DNA from: an uncultured cyanobacterium
GTDB taxonomy: Bacteria; Cyanobacteriota; Cyanobacteriia; Phormidesmidales; Phormidesmidaceae
NCBI GenBank assembly: GCA_963793265.1
Contig: CAWBZI010000006.1
Span: forward strand, 352,001 to 416,000
DNA length: 64,000 nucleotides
Reading direction: 5' to 3'
This document shows positions 29,677 to 40,757 of this stretch, one piece after another. Both the position numbers and the translations under genes were made by a program. Every line of letters begins with the position of its first letter. Position 1 is the stretch's first letter. The notes under the pieces are model-generated. The model searched no databases, was not told where the DNA came from, and was given only the letters and a program-made list of their open reading frames with translations.

Positions 29677-29806
29677 AAAAAGCAGCCTCCCGTATGGCGG
29701 TTGGTGTATACCTTTTAAGCCTAACACCGCTTATTTTGAGCGCTCAAAATCTGTCAATTATTTAAGCATCCGTTGATATTTCTTGACCTGTTTTTAACTC
29801 TGACGA

Positions 29807-30529
29807 ATGAAAAATAATACTGATAGAAACTCATTGATCTCAGCGCTGAGTTGTCAACCGCAAAGACACGGGAATCTATACCTGCTCGATAAAGTGCCCT
29901 ATCAGACAGCGTGGCAGTGGCAGCAGCGGCTAGTTGCAGATCGAAAGGCAGCGGCGTTAGATGACGTGCTGCTGCTGCTACAGCATTATCCGGTTTATAC
30001 GCTCGGCCATGGCTCAGATACGCGATTCTTGAAATTCGACCCTGAGCAGAGCAACAATGAGATTTACCGCATAGAGCGCGGGGGAGAGGTGACTTATCAC
30101 TGCCCTGGGCAGTTAGTGGGGTACCCAATTTTGAACCTTCGGTTTCATCGTCAGGATTTGCACTGGTACTTAAGACAGTTAGAAGAAGTAATTATTCGGA
30201 CGCTGGGCGTTTATGGGCTGGTGGGCGATCGCATTCCTGGGCTGACGGGTGTGTGGCTAGAAGGCCGCAAGGTTGCCGCCATCGGCATCAAAGTAAGTCG
30301 GTGGATCACAATGCACGGATTTGCTTTGAATGTGTGCCCAGATTTGTCAGGGTTTGAGAAGATTGTGCCCTGTGGAATTGAAGGAAGACCCGTGGGATCG
30401 CTGGCTCAGTTTTTACCTGGAATTGAGATAGAAGGCGTGCAGCAGTGCTTAGTTGCTCAGTTTGAACAGGTTTTTGGAATGGCCTTATCTCTATCGACTT
30501 TGCCGCATGAATTGGCTGTGTTTAAGTAG
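29807..30529 (+). CDS. lipB: Octanoyltransferase
   Basis: [44 protein letters not shown]. Confidence 0.96.
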   Translation: MKNNTDRNSLISALSCQPQRHGNLYLLDKVPYQTAWQWQQRLVADRKAAALDDVLLLLQHYPVYTLGHGSDTRFLKFDPEQSNNEIYRIERGGEVTYHCPGQLVGYPILNLRFHRQDLHWYLRQLEEVIIRTLGVYGLVGDRIPGLTGVWLEGRKVAAIGIKVSRWITMHGFALNVCPDLSGFEKIVPCGIEGRPVGSLAQFLPGIEIEGVQQCLVAQFEQVFGMALSLSTLPHELAVFK

Positions 30530-30567
30530 TTGCTTAAAGGGCAGTTACCTACAGCTGTAGTACGCAC

Positions 30568-31845
30568 TCAAAAAGCAATTTCTAAAAGAGAGAGATCGTC
30601 GTCAAAATGGTTGCCGCCGAAGTCACTGACCTTTTGAATAATACTATCGACGCTGAGGTGGTGCCCAGATTCTAAATTTGCAAGAATCTCTGTAAATCCC
30701 TCTAAACCAAGCTGGGGCACATCGTAGCCTTTGTTGGCAGGCTGAAGTTCGTAAATGCCATCGCTAAAAATGTAGAGGCGACCGCCTTCGGCCACCCGGC
30801 AACGCTGCCATTGGTAGGGCGTATTTGGCATCATGCCAACAGGGACACCGGGCGTTCGCAGGGGCACTAATGCGGCTGGATCGTTGGCGGTAGCTGGGCT
30901 AATGAGCACAGCGGGCGGATGTCCGGCGCTGGCGTAGGAAAGCTCGCGGGTGGCTCGGTTATAAACGCCGTACCAAATTGTGAAGTACTTGTCGTTTTGA
31001 TCGTCCATTTGAAAGGTTTCGTTGAGCCCTTTGAGAACGGTTTCGGGGCGGTAGAAGTTAACGCCAGGGAGAGATTGCGATCGCAATACATTCAGCACCG
31101 ATGTAGACAGTAGCGCCGCGCCTAGCCCATGCCCTGAAACATCCAGCAGATACATCACCAAATAATCTGGGTCGAGCCAGTAGTGATCAAAGCAGTCGCC
31201 GCCGAGTTCTTGAGATGAGATAAAGCGAGAGGTGATAGAGACGTGATTGCTTTGCAAGCTCGCACCTAAAGGCTTTGGCACATCTGCTGGTAGTAGAGAC
31301 ATGACGTAAGTAGCCGCCTCAGCTAGCTCTGCTTCTAGCCGCTGGCTCTGTGCCTTCAGCGCTTGAGTGAGCTGATGCAGGCGCATTCCTGCTTTAACTC
31401 TCGCCGCTAGCTCAGCCTTATTCACCGGCTTAAAGAGTAGGTCATCGGCCCCAGCCTCAAGCGCTTCTACACGATTAGCCATGCCGGTATGGCTAGTCAT
31501 CATCAAAAAAGCGGTAGTTGAAAGCTGCGGATCTTGCTTGATGCGACGGCAGATTGCGATGCCATCCATCTCGCCAGGCAGTATCCAGTCGCAGATGATG
31601 ACGGAGGGATCTCGCTGCGCTTTTTGCAATCCATCTGCCGCGCTGGCCGCTGTGACTACCTGATATCCCCACTTTTGCAGCAGCCGTTGCAGGCTTGTGA
31701 GCACCGCTGGATCGTCATCAATCACTAAGATATCAATCGCTCCGTCTTCTGCCTGATCGACCTGTGAATTTGGCTGCGAATTTGGCTGCGAACTGGCCAG
31801 ATCGGAACGATTGGCTGCTGACGAAAAAGGAAACTTAAAAATCAT
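30568..31845 (-). CDS. Response regulator with SpoIIE/PP2C phosphatase domain
   Basis: REC (ILVIDDD, CDWILP, KP) plus ELGGDCF, DVSGHG, SAGHPP, FSDGIYE, DDLSLL. Confidence 0.92.
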   Translation of the reverse strand: MIFKFPFSSAANRSDLASSQPNSQPNSQVDQAEDGAIDILVIDDDPAVLTSLQRLLQKWGYQVVTAASAADGLQKAQRDPSVIICDWILPGEMDGIAICRRIKQDPQLSTTAFLMMTSHTGMANRVEALEAGADDLLFKPVNKAELAARVKAGMRLHQLTQALKAQSQRLEAELAEAATYVMSLLPADVPKPLGASLQSNHVSITSRFISSQELGGDCFDHYWLDPDYLVMYLLDVSGHGLGAALLSTSVLNVLRSQSLPGVNFYRPETVLKGLNETFQMDDQNDKYFTIWYGVYNRATRELSYASAGHPPAVLISPATANDPAALVPLRTPGVPVGMMPNTPYQWQRCRVAEGGRLYIFSDGIYELQPANKGYDVPQLGLEGFTEILANLESGHHLSVDSIIQKVSDFGGNHFDDDLSLLEIAF

Positions 31846-32713
31846 ACGTGGCCTTTACAGGAAGCTCCTCTTCAGGAGCGGTAGGCGCGTCTGAGATGAG
31901 ACGACTAGAGATGGCGTGATTCCATAGGTCAATGAAGTCAGCTAGATAATAAGGAAGATCTGCTCTGGTGTCTTCCTTAATGCCTGAGAGCGAGAAGTCT
32001 TCTAGATCAAAAAGATGCAGGCGCTCTATCGACTGAATTTCTGAAGGCTCTAGAATATTGGCCCGGTAGGCTCCTGATTCATCAATTGCGCTAAAGCAGC
32101 AAACTTGGTAGTAGTTTTCTCCAGATAGCTCGCGGTACTGCACCAGGGTGTACACATCAACAGGCTGCACAGGGAAAGGCAGCGAGAGTACAATTTTCTG
32201 CTGGGTGGGTAAAAGCGAGAGCCGAACGGCGTTGCGAACGCCGTAATAGCCGACTTTATCGGCCTGAAGCGGATACTTGCGGTGGCGAGGCTGCACGTGG
32301 CTGCGCATGAATGTGGCAATGCCTAAGCCTTCTTCGGTATAGGCTCCAATTAGGCTCACGTGAACATCGTAGGCTGGTACGTTACTGATATTGAAAACTT
32401 CGAGAGATAACCCGCTGGCACTATTCGCAAGATCGCCAGTTAGGCTATTTTCGCCATTCCTTTTGTATTCAGAGCGGCTATCGAGGCCACTACCTAAGCC
32501 TTTGTCAAGCTGGGCGTTTGTCAAACGATTTTCGGCTGGCCGTAGATCCCAATACAGATGGGGCAGGGCGCTAAGGCGTAGCTGCTTTTCGATAACGCTG
32601 CGGTAATAGGTGCTCTCTTGCTGAAGCTGGTTGACGTTTTTATTCGTTAACCAGGCGTAAGTGCCGGTTAGCCCGATTAAAACTAAGTTACTAATAATTA
32701 AAATGGGTTCCAT
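31835..32713 (-). CDS. Hypothetical protein with N-terminal TM helix
   Basis: 292-aa ORF whose stop overlaps the start of the REC-PP2C gene. Confidence 0.75.
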   Translation of the reverse strand: MEPILIISNLVLIGLTGTYAWLTNKNVNQLQQESTYYRSVIEKQLRLSALPHLYWDLRPAENRLTNAQLDKGLGSGLDSRSEYKRNGENSLTGDLANSASGLSLEVFNISNVPAYDVHVSLIGAYTEEGLGIATFMRSHVQPRHRKYPLQADKVGYYGVRNAVRLSLLPTQQKIVLSLPFPVQPVDVYTLVQYRELSGENYYQVCCFSAIDESGAYRANILEPSEIQSIERLHLFDLEDFSLSGIKEDTRADLPYYLADFIDLWNHAISSRLISDAPTAPEEELPVKATYDF

Positions 32714-32846
32714 TCGTCCACCCCTTTACCTATATCCCTCATTAAAAATACCAGTTCTGTTTAATATTAAAGCTCTGAAGTCAAGCTCTACGGTTTGTAG
32801 GCTGAGAATCTACTTTTTGTCGCAGTTTCTTTAAAAGAAGTGGCCT

Positions 32847-34520
32847 ATGTTTGCGCTCCAGCCTTTGCAAACTCATTCTATGCTGACGCGCGATGGTGTT
32901 CGACTAGATGCCGATGTGTATGTACCCGAAGGTACAGGGCCGTTTCCCGTTTTGCTGATGCGTCAGCCTTATGGACGCGCGATCGCCTCCACAATTGTCT
33001 ACGCTCACCCACGCTGGTATGCCGCTCATGGCTACATCGTCGTGATTCAAGATACGCGCGGTCGCGGGTCGTCTGAAGGCAAATTTTCTCTGTTTGCTCA
33101 CGAAGTTGATGATGGTGAAGACACGGTGAAATGGGCAGCTCAGCTTCCGGGCAGCGATGGACAAGTGGGCATGTATGGCTTTTCGTATCAGGGCATGACG
33201 CAGCTATACGCGGCCCAAGCTCAGCCAAGTGCGCTAAAGACGATTGCTCCGGCAATGACGGGCTATCACCCTTATGAAGATTGGGCTTATGAAAACGGGG
33301 CGTTTTGCTTCCAGTTGGGCTTAACCTGGGGTCTTCAGCTTGCGGCTGAAACCGCTCGGATAGCAGGCGATCTTTCAACGTATCAAAAGCTTGTTCAAGC
33401 CGCTCGCCATCCTCCTCTATACGATCCGACGCCCGCCTGCCCTGACGTGCTAAAAGGCGTTGAGTCGTTCTTTCACGACTGGGTTGCAAATCCCAAAGAT
33501 AACGGCTATTGGCAGAGTCTCACGCCTCGAATGGCGGATGTGGATATGCCGATGCTGCATATTGGTGGCTGGTATGATCCTTATCTGCGAGGTGATTTAC
33601 GGCTGTATGAGGAAATGGTAGATTTTAGCGATCACACCCATCATCTATGCATAGGCCCGTGGGGACATATTCCCTGGGGCCGTAAGGTCGGTGAAGTAGA
33701 TTTTGGCGCGGCGGCAATGAGCCCAGTAGACCAGATTCAGATTCAGTGGTTTGATCATGTCCTTAAGAGCAAGGAGCTGCCGAACGAGGAACTGCCTGTC
33801 CGTTTGTTCGAGATGGGTCGTAATCAGTGGCGACGATTGGCAGCATGGCCTAGCAATTCAGCGGCTCAGAAGTCGTTTGCAACCTACTTTTTGCGGAGCG
33901 CGGGCCTAGCGAATATTAGAGAAGATAGCGGTAGGCTTTCGGTCACACCCGCTGAGACAACCAGCACTGATACGGTGGTTCACGATCCTTGGAATCCGGC
34001 TCCGGCACTGGGCGGGCATAGTGCCATACCGGCAGGGGTTTTTGAGCGCACGAAGGTGGATGCTCGGGGTGATGTGCTGACCTACACGAGCGCGCCGTTT
34101 GAGCAAGAAATGCGGGTGGTGGGAGTTGTTGAAGTGGTTTGTGCGATCGCCTCATCGTCCCCTAGCTACGACCTGTGCGCGGTGCTCTCGCGCGTTTGTG
34201 GTGGCGATCGCACCGGCCAAGTCTATAACCTGACCCAAGGCTATTGCCGAGTTGAAAATAGCGGTCTAAACGACATGAAGGCGGTAAAGCTGCTGTTGCA
34301 TCCCACCTGCTTTAGCCTAGCGCCAGGTGAAGCCATGCGATTGAGCCTAAGTGCAGCTTGCTTTCCGGCTTATTTAGTCAATCCAGGTACAGGCGCACAG
34401 CCGAAAGAATCAAAGGCGATAGATGCTCAGATTATTAAGCTAGCGATCGCCCTCGGTGGCCCTGATGGTGCAAGCCTCAAACTTCCTTTACTCAAAGACG
34501 ATATCAGCGATAGATACTAA
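32847..34520 (+). CDS. CocE/NonD family hydrolase
   Basis: RDGVRLDADVY, RQPYG, QDTRGRGSSEG, GFSYQG nucleophile elbow, GGWYD, IGPWGH. Confidence 0.93.
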   Translation: MFALQPLQTHSMLTRDGVRLDADVYVPEGTGPFPVLLMRQPYGRAIASTIVYAHPRWYAAHGYIVVIQDTRGRGSSEGKFSLFAHEVDDGEDTVKWAAQLPGSDGQVGMYGFSYQGMTQLYAAQAQPSALKTIAPAMTGYHPYEDWAYENGAFCFQLGLTWGLQLAAETARIAGDLSTYQKLVQAARHPPLYDPTPACPDVLKGVESFFHDWVANPKDNGYWQSLTPRMADVDMPMLHIGGWYDPYLRGDLRLYEEMVDFSDHTHHLCIGPWGHIPWGRKVGEVDFGAAAMSPVDQIQIQWFDHVLKSKELPNEELPVRLFEMGRNQWRRLAAWPSNSAAQKSFATYFLRSAGLANIREDSGRLSVTPAETTSTDTVVHDPWNPAPALGGHSAIPAGVFERTKVDARGDVLTYTSAPFEQEMRVVGVVEVVCAIASSSPSYDLCAVLSRVCGGDRTGQVYNLTQGYCRVENSGLNDMKAVKLLLHPTCFSLAPGEAMRLSLSAACFPAYLVNPGTGAQPKESKAIDAQIIKLAIALGGPDGASLKLPLLKDDISDRY

Positions 34521-34948
34521 GCTGAATACGACTGATTGAACACTTCAAACACGCGACGACAGCAGCTTCTTAAAGATTCTCCTGACGTGGGCTCTGGCGT
34601 TATCTCACCTTCAAATCGCCAGTTGTCGATAGTAGAGAGTCGCCACTGCTGACCGCGATGGTCGAACCCAGCAACTTCTAAACCAATAGCTTTGAACTCA
34701 TCGGTTTCGACATCTTGATGCAGCCTGATTTGTATCAGCAGGCTGCGGCACTGAAATAGGCGGCTGACGCCGGGAAAATGAAAGCCGATATCTACAGAGT
34801 GTGGATCGAGTAAATTGCGTGTCTCAGGATCATTGGCCCAAGGTTTGAGGTCAGCCCGCAGGTCAGGGAGTTCAGACTTGAATAATCCGATAGTTGCCGC
34901 GATCTTACTGGCAAATTCAATCGTTGATGCTTGTTCTGCTGCGTTCAC
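34517..34948 (-). CDS. Conserved cyanobacterial hypothetical protein
   Basis: MNAAEQA...ASKIA, DLKPW.ND..T...DP.S.DIGFHFPG pattern. Confidence 0.8.
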   Translation of the reverse strand: MNAAEQASTIEFASKIAATIGLFKSELPDLRADLKPWANDPETRNLLDPHSVDIGFHFPGVSRLFQCRSLLIQIRLHQDVETDEFKAIGLEVAGFDHRGQQWRLSTIDNWRFEGEITPEPTSGESLRSCCRRVFEVFNQSYSA

Positions 34949-35120
34949 GCTTAACCTTTACTCCTCAGAACCTATTGTAGCGACCTAATAATAAGCAGTT
35001 CTAGTGCAGCCGCTTAGATACTAATGCCATAGCTATGAGATGGTTGAATGTAACCACCCTTACAAAAGTTTGAAGAGGTTTGGCGCTCAAGATGCCAGAG
35101 TGCAGCTTGAGGATATGCCT

Positions 35121-35735
35121 TCAAAGGTGGGCCTGGCAGGTGGCTAAGATGCTGCGATCGCTCTCGCTAACCGGTAAAGCGTGAAATCCTTCAATATTAG
35201 GCGGAACCGATACGCTCAACCGACTAGCAATCTCCGAGGCAGGCGCGTTGAGCGTTAGCGCGTAAGCGGAGGTTTCTTGTGAATAGCTATCTGTTACCTG
35301 AAGCGCTATGTCCGTCGAACTCATTTGACCTTGCACACAGTCAAAAGATGATGATGGCATATAGAATGCGCCGGTTACGCTTCCAGACTGAGACTCAAAA
35401 ACAAAGTAGGTTGTTGTAGCTTGATTGGCTACGGGCCGCTCACCATATAAATAGACACCATCGGCCGGGTAGCTCTCTAAGTGATCCTCAGTGACCGCAG
35501 GCATTGACTCAACCGAATGCACTTGATCAACGAGTATCCGCTCTGCTTGCGCGCGTCTGGCCCCTTCTTGCAAAGCTTGTAGCCGCTGAAGGCGAGAGAG
35601 ATTATTGGTAACAGACTCTACGAACTCGGCATGGGCCGGGGAAGAAGTAGTGCCGATTGTTAATGCGGTTGCCCCTATCGTCAGCCCCGTCAATCGAGTG
35701 GGAAAGAGCCAAACTTTACGTTTTAGTTGTGTCAT
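35121..35735 (-). CDS. Hypothetical exported protein
   Basis: Signal-like N-terminus (…PAHA), DGVYLYGE...YFVF...GAFYMPSSSFDC motif seen in cyanobacterial hypotheticals. Confidence 0.72.
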   Translation of the reverse strand: MTQLKRKVWLFPTRLTGLTIGATALTIGTTSSPAHAEFVESVTNNLSRLQRLQALQEGARRAQAERILVDQVHSVESMPAVTEDHLESYPADGVYLYGERPVANQATTTYFVFESQSGSVTGAFYMPSSSFDCVQGQMSSTDIALQVTDSYSQETSAYALTLNAPASEIASRLSVSVPPNIEGFHALPVSESDRSILATCQAHL

Positions 35736-36258
35736 TTTTATGAATTCCAGGAAAGCAAAGAAACCGCCTTGGTTACTAATTGACACTACATAAAAACACG
35801 GACGGATTTCTCGACGAGAATCACATCTAGTCATTCCTTCATCGAAACTTGAGCGATGTGTGATCTCGACTAAAAAACGGCAAATTAGGTTAAATTGATG
35901 CTTTTATAGCTATGGTGTCGGCTGTTTAAACGCCAACTATGTAGGGTCTGCTTTCCAAATATGTCCGCAGCTATGGCGTCACTGTAGCTTTAGATACACA
36001 ACGTCGAAATTATGAATAGTAATCCCTGTATCATTCAGCTCAGTGCTTGCACGCAAAAACTTCTTTAAGATCTGATTTTGCAAAGGGCAGACAGTATCTA
36101 GTCCGTGAAAAATATCGGAGGTGTCGCTAGCAAATACTTTTTAGTCGGAGCAGTTTCTTAAGGCTTTCTTTTAAAATAGCCGAAACTTGCTTGTAGAAAG
36201 AATTTGTCAAGAGGTATTGTAGGTATCTAAACGCCAATGCAACTCGATAGGAGGCTAA

Positions 36259-37431
36259 ATGGAGGCTCGCGCTTCAGTTTCGCCCAAGACTGATGAACCC
36301 TTTAAGCTTTTGCTATTCATCGACAAACGACCCAACGCGACCGAACATGTGCGACAGCTTCGTCAGCACCTCAAAGCACTACAGGGTGACAGCCACATCA
36401 GCTTAGAAATTGTAGACGTTACGAACCAGCCGTATCTAGCTGAGCACTTCAAACTTGTCGCTACGCCCGCGCTAATCAAAGTTTCGGCGGATAAACATCA
36501 GACGCTAGCAGGCAGCGATATTATTACGCAGCTAGACCATTGGTGGCCGCGCTGGCAAAAAGAGATAGACGACGCTCAAAAGCTCACTGCGAGCGGGGCT
36601 GATGATGTTATAGAAGATAGAAGCACGCTTGTAGATGCAGTGGCTCAGTCTACTGAAATATTGCGACTAGGCGATGAGATATTCAAGCTTGCGCAGGAAA
36701 AAGAGGGCTTGATATCACAGATTGCCTTTAAAGATCGCATTATTGCGATGATGGCTCATGACCTGCGAAATCCGCTCACAGCGGCTTCTATTGCTATAGA
36801 GACTTTGGAGCTAGCCTACGAGCCGAACAGTAAACGCACCGAGAAATTTACACCACAGCTAAAAGCTCATCTGCTGCGAAGCACTAAAGTGCAAATTCGG
36901 ACTATCAACAGCATGATCACAGAGATTTTGCAGGCTGCAAAAGGCTCTAGTGCTAACTGGCAGGTCACACCAGAAAAGCTCAATCTGCAAGTGCTATGTG
37001 GCAAAGTGATGGATACGTTTCAGGCAAAACTCAGGCACAAAAAGCAGAGCATCGATACCGATATTCCACAGGATCTTCCTTTTGTGTATGCCGATGGCGA
37101 TCAGGTGCAAAGAGTGCTAACTAATTTGATTGACAATGCCATTAAGTACACGCCTGCAAACGGTCAAATTGGCATTACTGCACTGCACCGTACAACCGAA
37201 AAAGTACAGGTGAGCATTAGAGATACAGGCCCTGGCATTCCAAGAGACAACCAAACGCTTATTTTTGAAGAGAGCTTTCGACTCCAGCGAGATCGGACAA
37301 AAGACGGCTACGGGATGGGGCTAGCCCTCTGTCAGCGGATCGTTCGGGCGCACTATGGCCAGATCTGGGTGGACTCAAAAAAAGGTGAGGGAAGCTGCTT
37401 TCACTTCACGCTGCCTGTTTATAAAGGATGA
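36259..37431 (+). CDS. sasA: Circadian output histidine kinase SasA
   Basis: KaiB-like N-terminus (PYLAEHFKLVATPALIK, WWPRW), AHDLRNPL, NLIDNAIKYT, GYGMGL. Confidence 0.93.
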   Translation: MEARASVSPKTDEPFKLLLFIDKRPNATEHVRQLRQHLKALQGDSHISLEIVDVTNQPYLAEHFKLVATPALIKVSADKHQTLAGSDIITQLDHWWPRWQKEIDDAQKLTASGADDVIEDRSTLVDAVAQSTEILRLGDEIFKLAQEKEGLISQIAFKDRIIAMMAHDLRNPLTAASIAIETLELAYEPNSKRTEKFTPQLKAHLLRSTKVQIRTINSMITEILQAAKGSSANWQVTPEKLNLQVLCGKVMDTFQAKLRHKKQSIDTDIPQDLPFVYADGDQVQRVLTNLIDNAIKYTPANGQIGITALHRTTEKVQVSIRDTGPGIPRDNQTLIFEESFRLQRDRTKDGYGMGLALCQRIVRAHYGQIWVDSKKGEGSCFHFTLPVYKG

Positions 37432-37448
37432 TTAGGCCGAGCAGGCTA

Positions 37449-38111
37449 CTACTTGCCTTTAATCATTTGGGCCTTCATCTGAGCGAGCTGCGCTTCGACG
37501 TTGCTCTGATTTTCTAGCTGGGAGAACTGCTTCTCAATCAGGTCACCAGAGAGTTCGCCAGCGACTTCTGCCTGCGCTTCTAAATCAAGTACGCGAGCCT
37601 CCATCTTTTCAAAGGCACCTGTTGCCGTCGCGCCACCGCCGCTCATTCTTTCATGCAGCCTAGTGCTCGACTGAGCCGCCCGAGCCCGAGCGATGTACAT
37701 ATCTTTTTGGATGCGGGCTTTGGCTAGCTGGCTTTCGAGCGATCGCATATTGGCCTTAAGCTTTTTAACGATGTCTGTATGCTGAGCAATTTGGCTTTTG
37801 AGCGTGTGGGCGTTTTGAGCATAGGTTTGCCGGTGCGATAGCGCTTGGCGGGCGGTGTCTTCGTCGCCTTTTTGCAGGGCTAGCTGAGCGCGCTGGTAGT
37901 ATTCTTGAGCGGTGCGAGTGGCCTGCTCGCTCTGTCGTTCGGTGCGCTTTTGGGTTGCGATCGCCTGAGCCACCGCCTGTCGCAGGCTCACCAAATCACC
38001 CTGCATATCAAACACTGCCTGCTGCAACGCTTTTTCAGGATCTTCAGCGCCATTCACCAGCGTATTAACGTTTGCTCTTACAACCCGAGAAATGCGATCT
38101 AGCAGTCCCAT
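37449..38111 (-). CDS. pspA: PspA/IM30 family protein (no Vipp1-type C-terminal extension)
   Basis: MGLLDRISRVVRAN, AEDPEK.L.Q, AFEKME.RV. Confidence 0.9.
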   Translation of the reverse strand: MGLLDRISRVVRANVNTLVNGAEDPEKALQQAVFDMQGDLVSLRQAVAQAIATQKRTERQSEQATRTAQEYYQRAQLALQKGDEDTARQALSHRQTYAQNAHTLKSQIAQHTDIVKKLKANMRSLESQLAKARIQKDMYIARARAAQSSTRLHERMSGGGATATGAFEKMEARVLDLEAQAEVAGELSGDLIEKQFSQLENQSNVEAQLAQMKAQMIKGK

Positions 38112-38151
38112 AGATAAACGCTTAGTACAAACGCAAAATCACAACACTCTT

Positions 38152-39198
38152 CTATTCTGTCGTAGGGCCGTAAATTTGGGCACTCACCCCTTTTGCTTTA
38201 ATCTCACTGACAAATTCCTGAGCGGCAGTTGGATTGTCAAATGCCGCTAGCTGTATGCGGTTACCATCTGCAAACTGCCGGACAAAAGCTTCTGATACTG
38301 ACTGTCGGATATCAAGCAGACCTTGCTCAGTGGAAAAAGGCACGGTGACGTAGTAGGTAACGCCCGCTGGAATAGCCACCGCCTGAGTTTCAGTAGGTAG
38401 TGCCGTAGCTGTTTGAGTCGGCGGCTGGCTAACGATGGGTGGCAGCGGCGTTTGAGCAGGAGAATCAGGCTTAAGCGCTGGATCTATCGCTGTTTGAGGC
38501 ATTTTTAGTGAGCTGAGATTGTCAATATCGATATCAACAAATTCTTGCTCTGATAGGTCTGGGCCGGGTGGATCGAACGTGGGCTGGGAGGCGGTTGCGA
38601 TCGCCGGATCTTCTCGCCTAAACCCTTTAGTCAATCGCTGCACAAGTGCAGGATCGTTCATGATGTAGCTAGAACCTAGTCCAGCAGCTAAACCCAAAAA
38701 ACCAAGGGTTGCACCTGCTAAAAGCGAAACCGTTTTACGCTTGGGTTTAAATGTCGCATCTACCGGTTCGGGCATTTCTGGTACATCTGTCAAGCTTTCA
38801 ATCAGCTTTTCAGACGATTCTAAATAGCTGCCTGATGTCGCAAGCGAACCTTCCGTATCTGATAGTCCACTGTTGAGCGCAAGCGGTTGAGACGATACCG
38901 ACGCGTCTGCTGATTCACTTTTGCTCTGCAGAAGCTTTTTGTTGCGAGGGAGCGGGGGTGGCTCGCTCGCAGGTAAGGCAGGCATTGCGACAGATGGAAT
39001 CGCCAGGGTGGACTCAAGCGTATCCAAATCGAAGGCAGGATCTTCAAACCCTGTAAACAAGTCACTAGCTGACGTACTGCTATGGTTGAGGCGGTTGCGA
39101 CGATAGCGGTTGAGTTCAGCTTCTAAGTTGACGTTAAGACTGCTGAGTACGGCTTGTAGTGAGGGAGATAGGTTGTCAGAGGATCGCTGGTCTGCCAT
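38152..39198 (-). CDS. Hypothetical membrane protein with SPOR-like C-terminus
   Basis: LEAELNRYRR motif, one TM, GPDLS..EFVD...NLS.L, RIQLAAF...AQEFV..I. Confidence 0.75.
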   Translation of the reverse strand: MADQRSSDNLSPSLQAVLSSLNVNLEAELNRYRRNRLNHSSTSASDLFTGFEDPAFDLDTLESTLAIPSVAMPALPASEPPPLPRNKKLLQSKSESADASVSSQPLALNSGLSDTEGSLATSGSYLESSEKLIESLTDVPEMPEPVDATFKPKRKTVSLLAGATLGFLGLAAGLGSSYIMNDPALVQRLTKGFRREDPAIATASQPTFDPPGPDLSEQEFVDIDIDNLSSLKMPQTAIDPALKPDSPAQTPLPPIVSQPPTQTATALPTETQAVAIPAGVTYYVTVPFSTEQGLLDIRQSVSEAFVRQFADGNRIQLAAFDNPTAAQEFVSEIKAKGVSAQIYGPTTE

Positions 39199-39383
39199 TA
39201 CAGACTCCGTTTAATTGAGGATAGTTAGTCGCCTAGTAGCTTATTAAATTATCTTAGTGAGACACACAGAGCAAGGCTAAACGCCTGTATTATCAGGGAA
39301 TTGGGCGATCTCACGCAAATAGAATTAGACTGAACAAATCATTTGTCACCACAGCACTTGCTCAACACTTACGTATCACGCAG

Positions 39384-39968
39384 ATGGCGCTAGAAGGGTT
39401 AGACGGATTAATCAAAGGCTTAGAGAACCAGGAAAGCTGGCAGGTGCAAAAGCAGTTTCGCCTTGTGCTTCTTCACTGGCCAAAAGCCGTCGGGTTTGCC
39501 GTGGCTCGCAAAACTCGCCCGGTAGGAATTCAGCGCGACACGCTATACGTTGCAACCTGTACAGCGGCTTGGGCACAAACGCTGGCTTACGAACGCCTCA
39601 ATATTTTACGTAAGCTCAATCGCTATCAGCCAAAGCCGCTAAAGACGATTCGGTTCTCGACAGCTCAGTGGAATCAGGCGGTGGGGAGAGGGCGCGAGGC
39701 AGGTGGTGCGATCGCATCTTCTAATGCACCCAACAGTGACCCCAACACAGGCAGATTGAAAGGCCACCCCAGCTACATCGGAGAGGTTCCTACCATCCCA
39801 CCCGATACCCAGCTCACCCCTCAAGAAGCTTTCCAGCGCTGGGCAGGTACGTTGCAACAGATGCAGCGTGTTCAGTCGCTTTGCCCGATTTGTCATTGCC
39901 GCTGCCCGAAAGGAGAGCTTGATCGGTGGGGTAGGTGCGCACTATGCGCCACAAAGCAGTGGCAGTAA
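39384..39968 (+). CDS. DUF721/DciA family protein with C-terminal Zn-ribbon
   Basis: WPKAVG..VA..TRP......LYVA....AWAQ.L; CPICHCRCP...CALC. Confidence 0.85.
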   Translation: MALEGLDGLIKGLENQESWQVQKQFRLVLLHWPKAVGFAVARKTRPVGIQRDTLYVATCTAAWAQTLAYERLNILRKLNRYQPKPLKTIRFSTAQWNQAVGRGREAGGAIASSNAPNSDPNTGRLKGHPSYIGEVPTIPPDTQLTPQEAFQRWAGTLQQMQRVQSLCPICHCRCPKGELDRWGRCALCATKQWQ

Positions 39969-40341
39969 ATCGAACCTTTAACAAATTTCAAGGTATTGTT
40001 TAACCTTCAAAAGGTAGAATCTGTAACGACAAAATGTCTGTCTAGAAGTCAGTAAATTCCGCGGTTAAAACTAACAAAAAGTAGATGCTTTCTCAGCGAT
40101 CCCCGAGGGCTTTTTGAGCGGCGATCCCCAGTGTTTATGTCTCTTTTAGAATTCGTGAGATGCTTACCTGCAAACGTGTGTCGGTTCTTTAACTGATTGT
40201 GAAGAAAATCTAAAGCTCAATATGTTACGGCAGTCGCTTAACGGCTTGTTCTACCAAAAGGATCGGGTGTTTTGATCCCCAAAAGTAGGTTTCTTTAATA
40301 AGTCATCATATAGTTGAACTTACTAAGGTTTAAAAACTTTT

Positions 40342-40608
40342 ATGATGGCTGCTTCAAAGGGTGAAATGTCTCGTTGTGGTCTGTGTCGTTTTTATAGACA
40401 TGAAGGGCGAAGAGGAGGAACATGCAGTCAGCTAAACGTGCCTGTGAGCGGTAGTTTGAAGGCTTGCTGTCTCTCAGAGTCACCTTTTTCTAGTGACACT
40501 GAGACGATGGTGGGGATCGCTGACTGGGAGTCTTCTAAATATGTTGTGAACGACGTTATTTTGACAGCTAAAACGCCCATTAAGGTCGAGGCAATGTCTT
40601 TACACTAA
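40342..40608 (+). CDS. Small Cys-rich cyanobacterial hypothetical protein
   Basis: C..CRFY..EGRRGG.C.QL.VPV...KAC motif. Confidence 0.78.
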   Translation: MMAASKGEMSRCGLCRFYRHEGRRGGTCSQLNVPVSGSLKACCLSESPFSSDTETMVGIADWESSKYVVNDVILTAKTPIKVEAMSLH

Positions 40609-40757
40609 TGCTAAGAATTAGCGTTAGTTTGTCTGAGTCTTTGCAGTCGTCAGTTGAATCAATTGTCTAAATCATTTATGAAGATGAGATCACAGTAGAG
40701 TGTTTACTGTTGGTTTGAGCGATCGCTATTGGCTTATTCAATTAATTCGTGCGATCG

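Noticed and set aside
31765..31795. 12-bp coding duplications (QPNS x2), and similar KPKAE x2 near 62860
   Set aside because: Ordinary slippage in disordered protein termini
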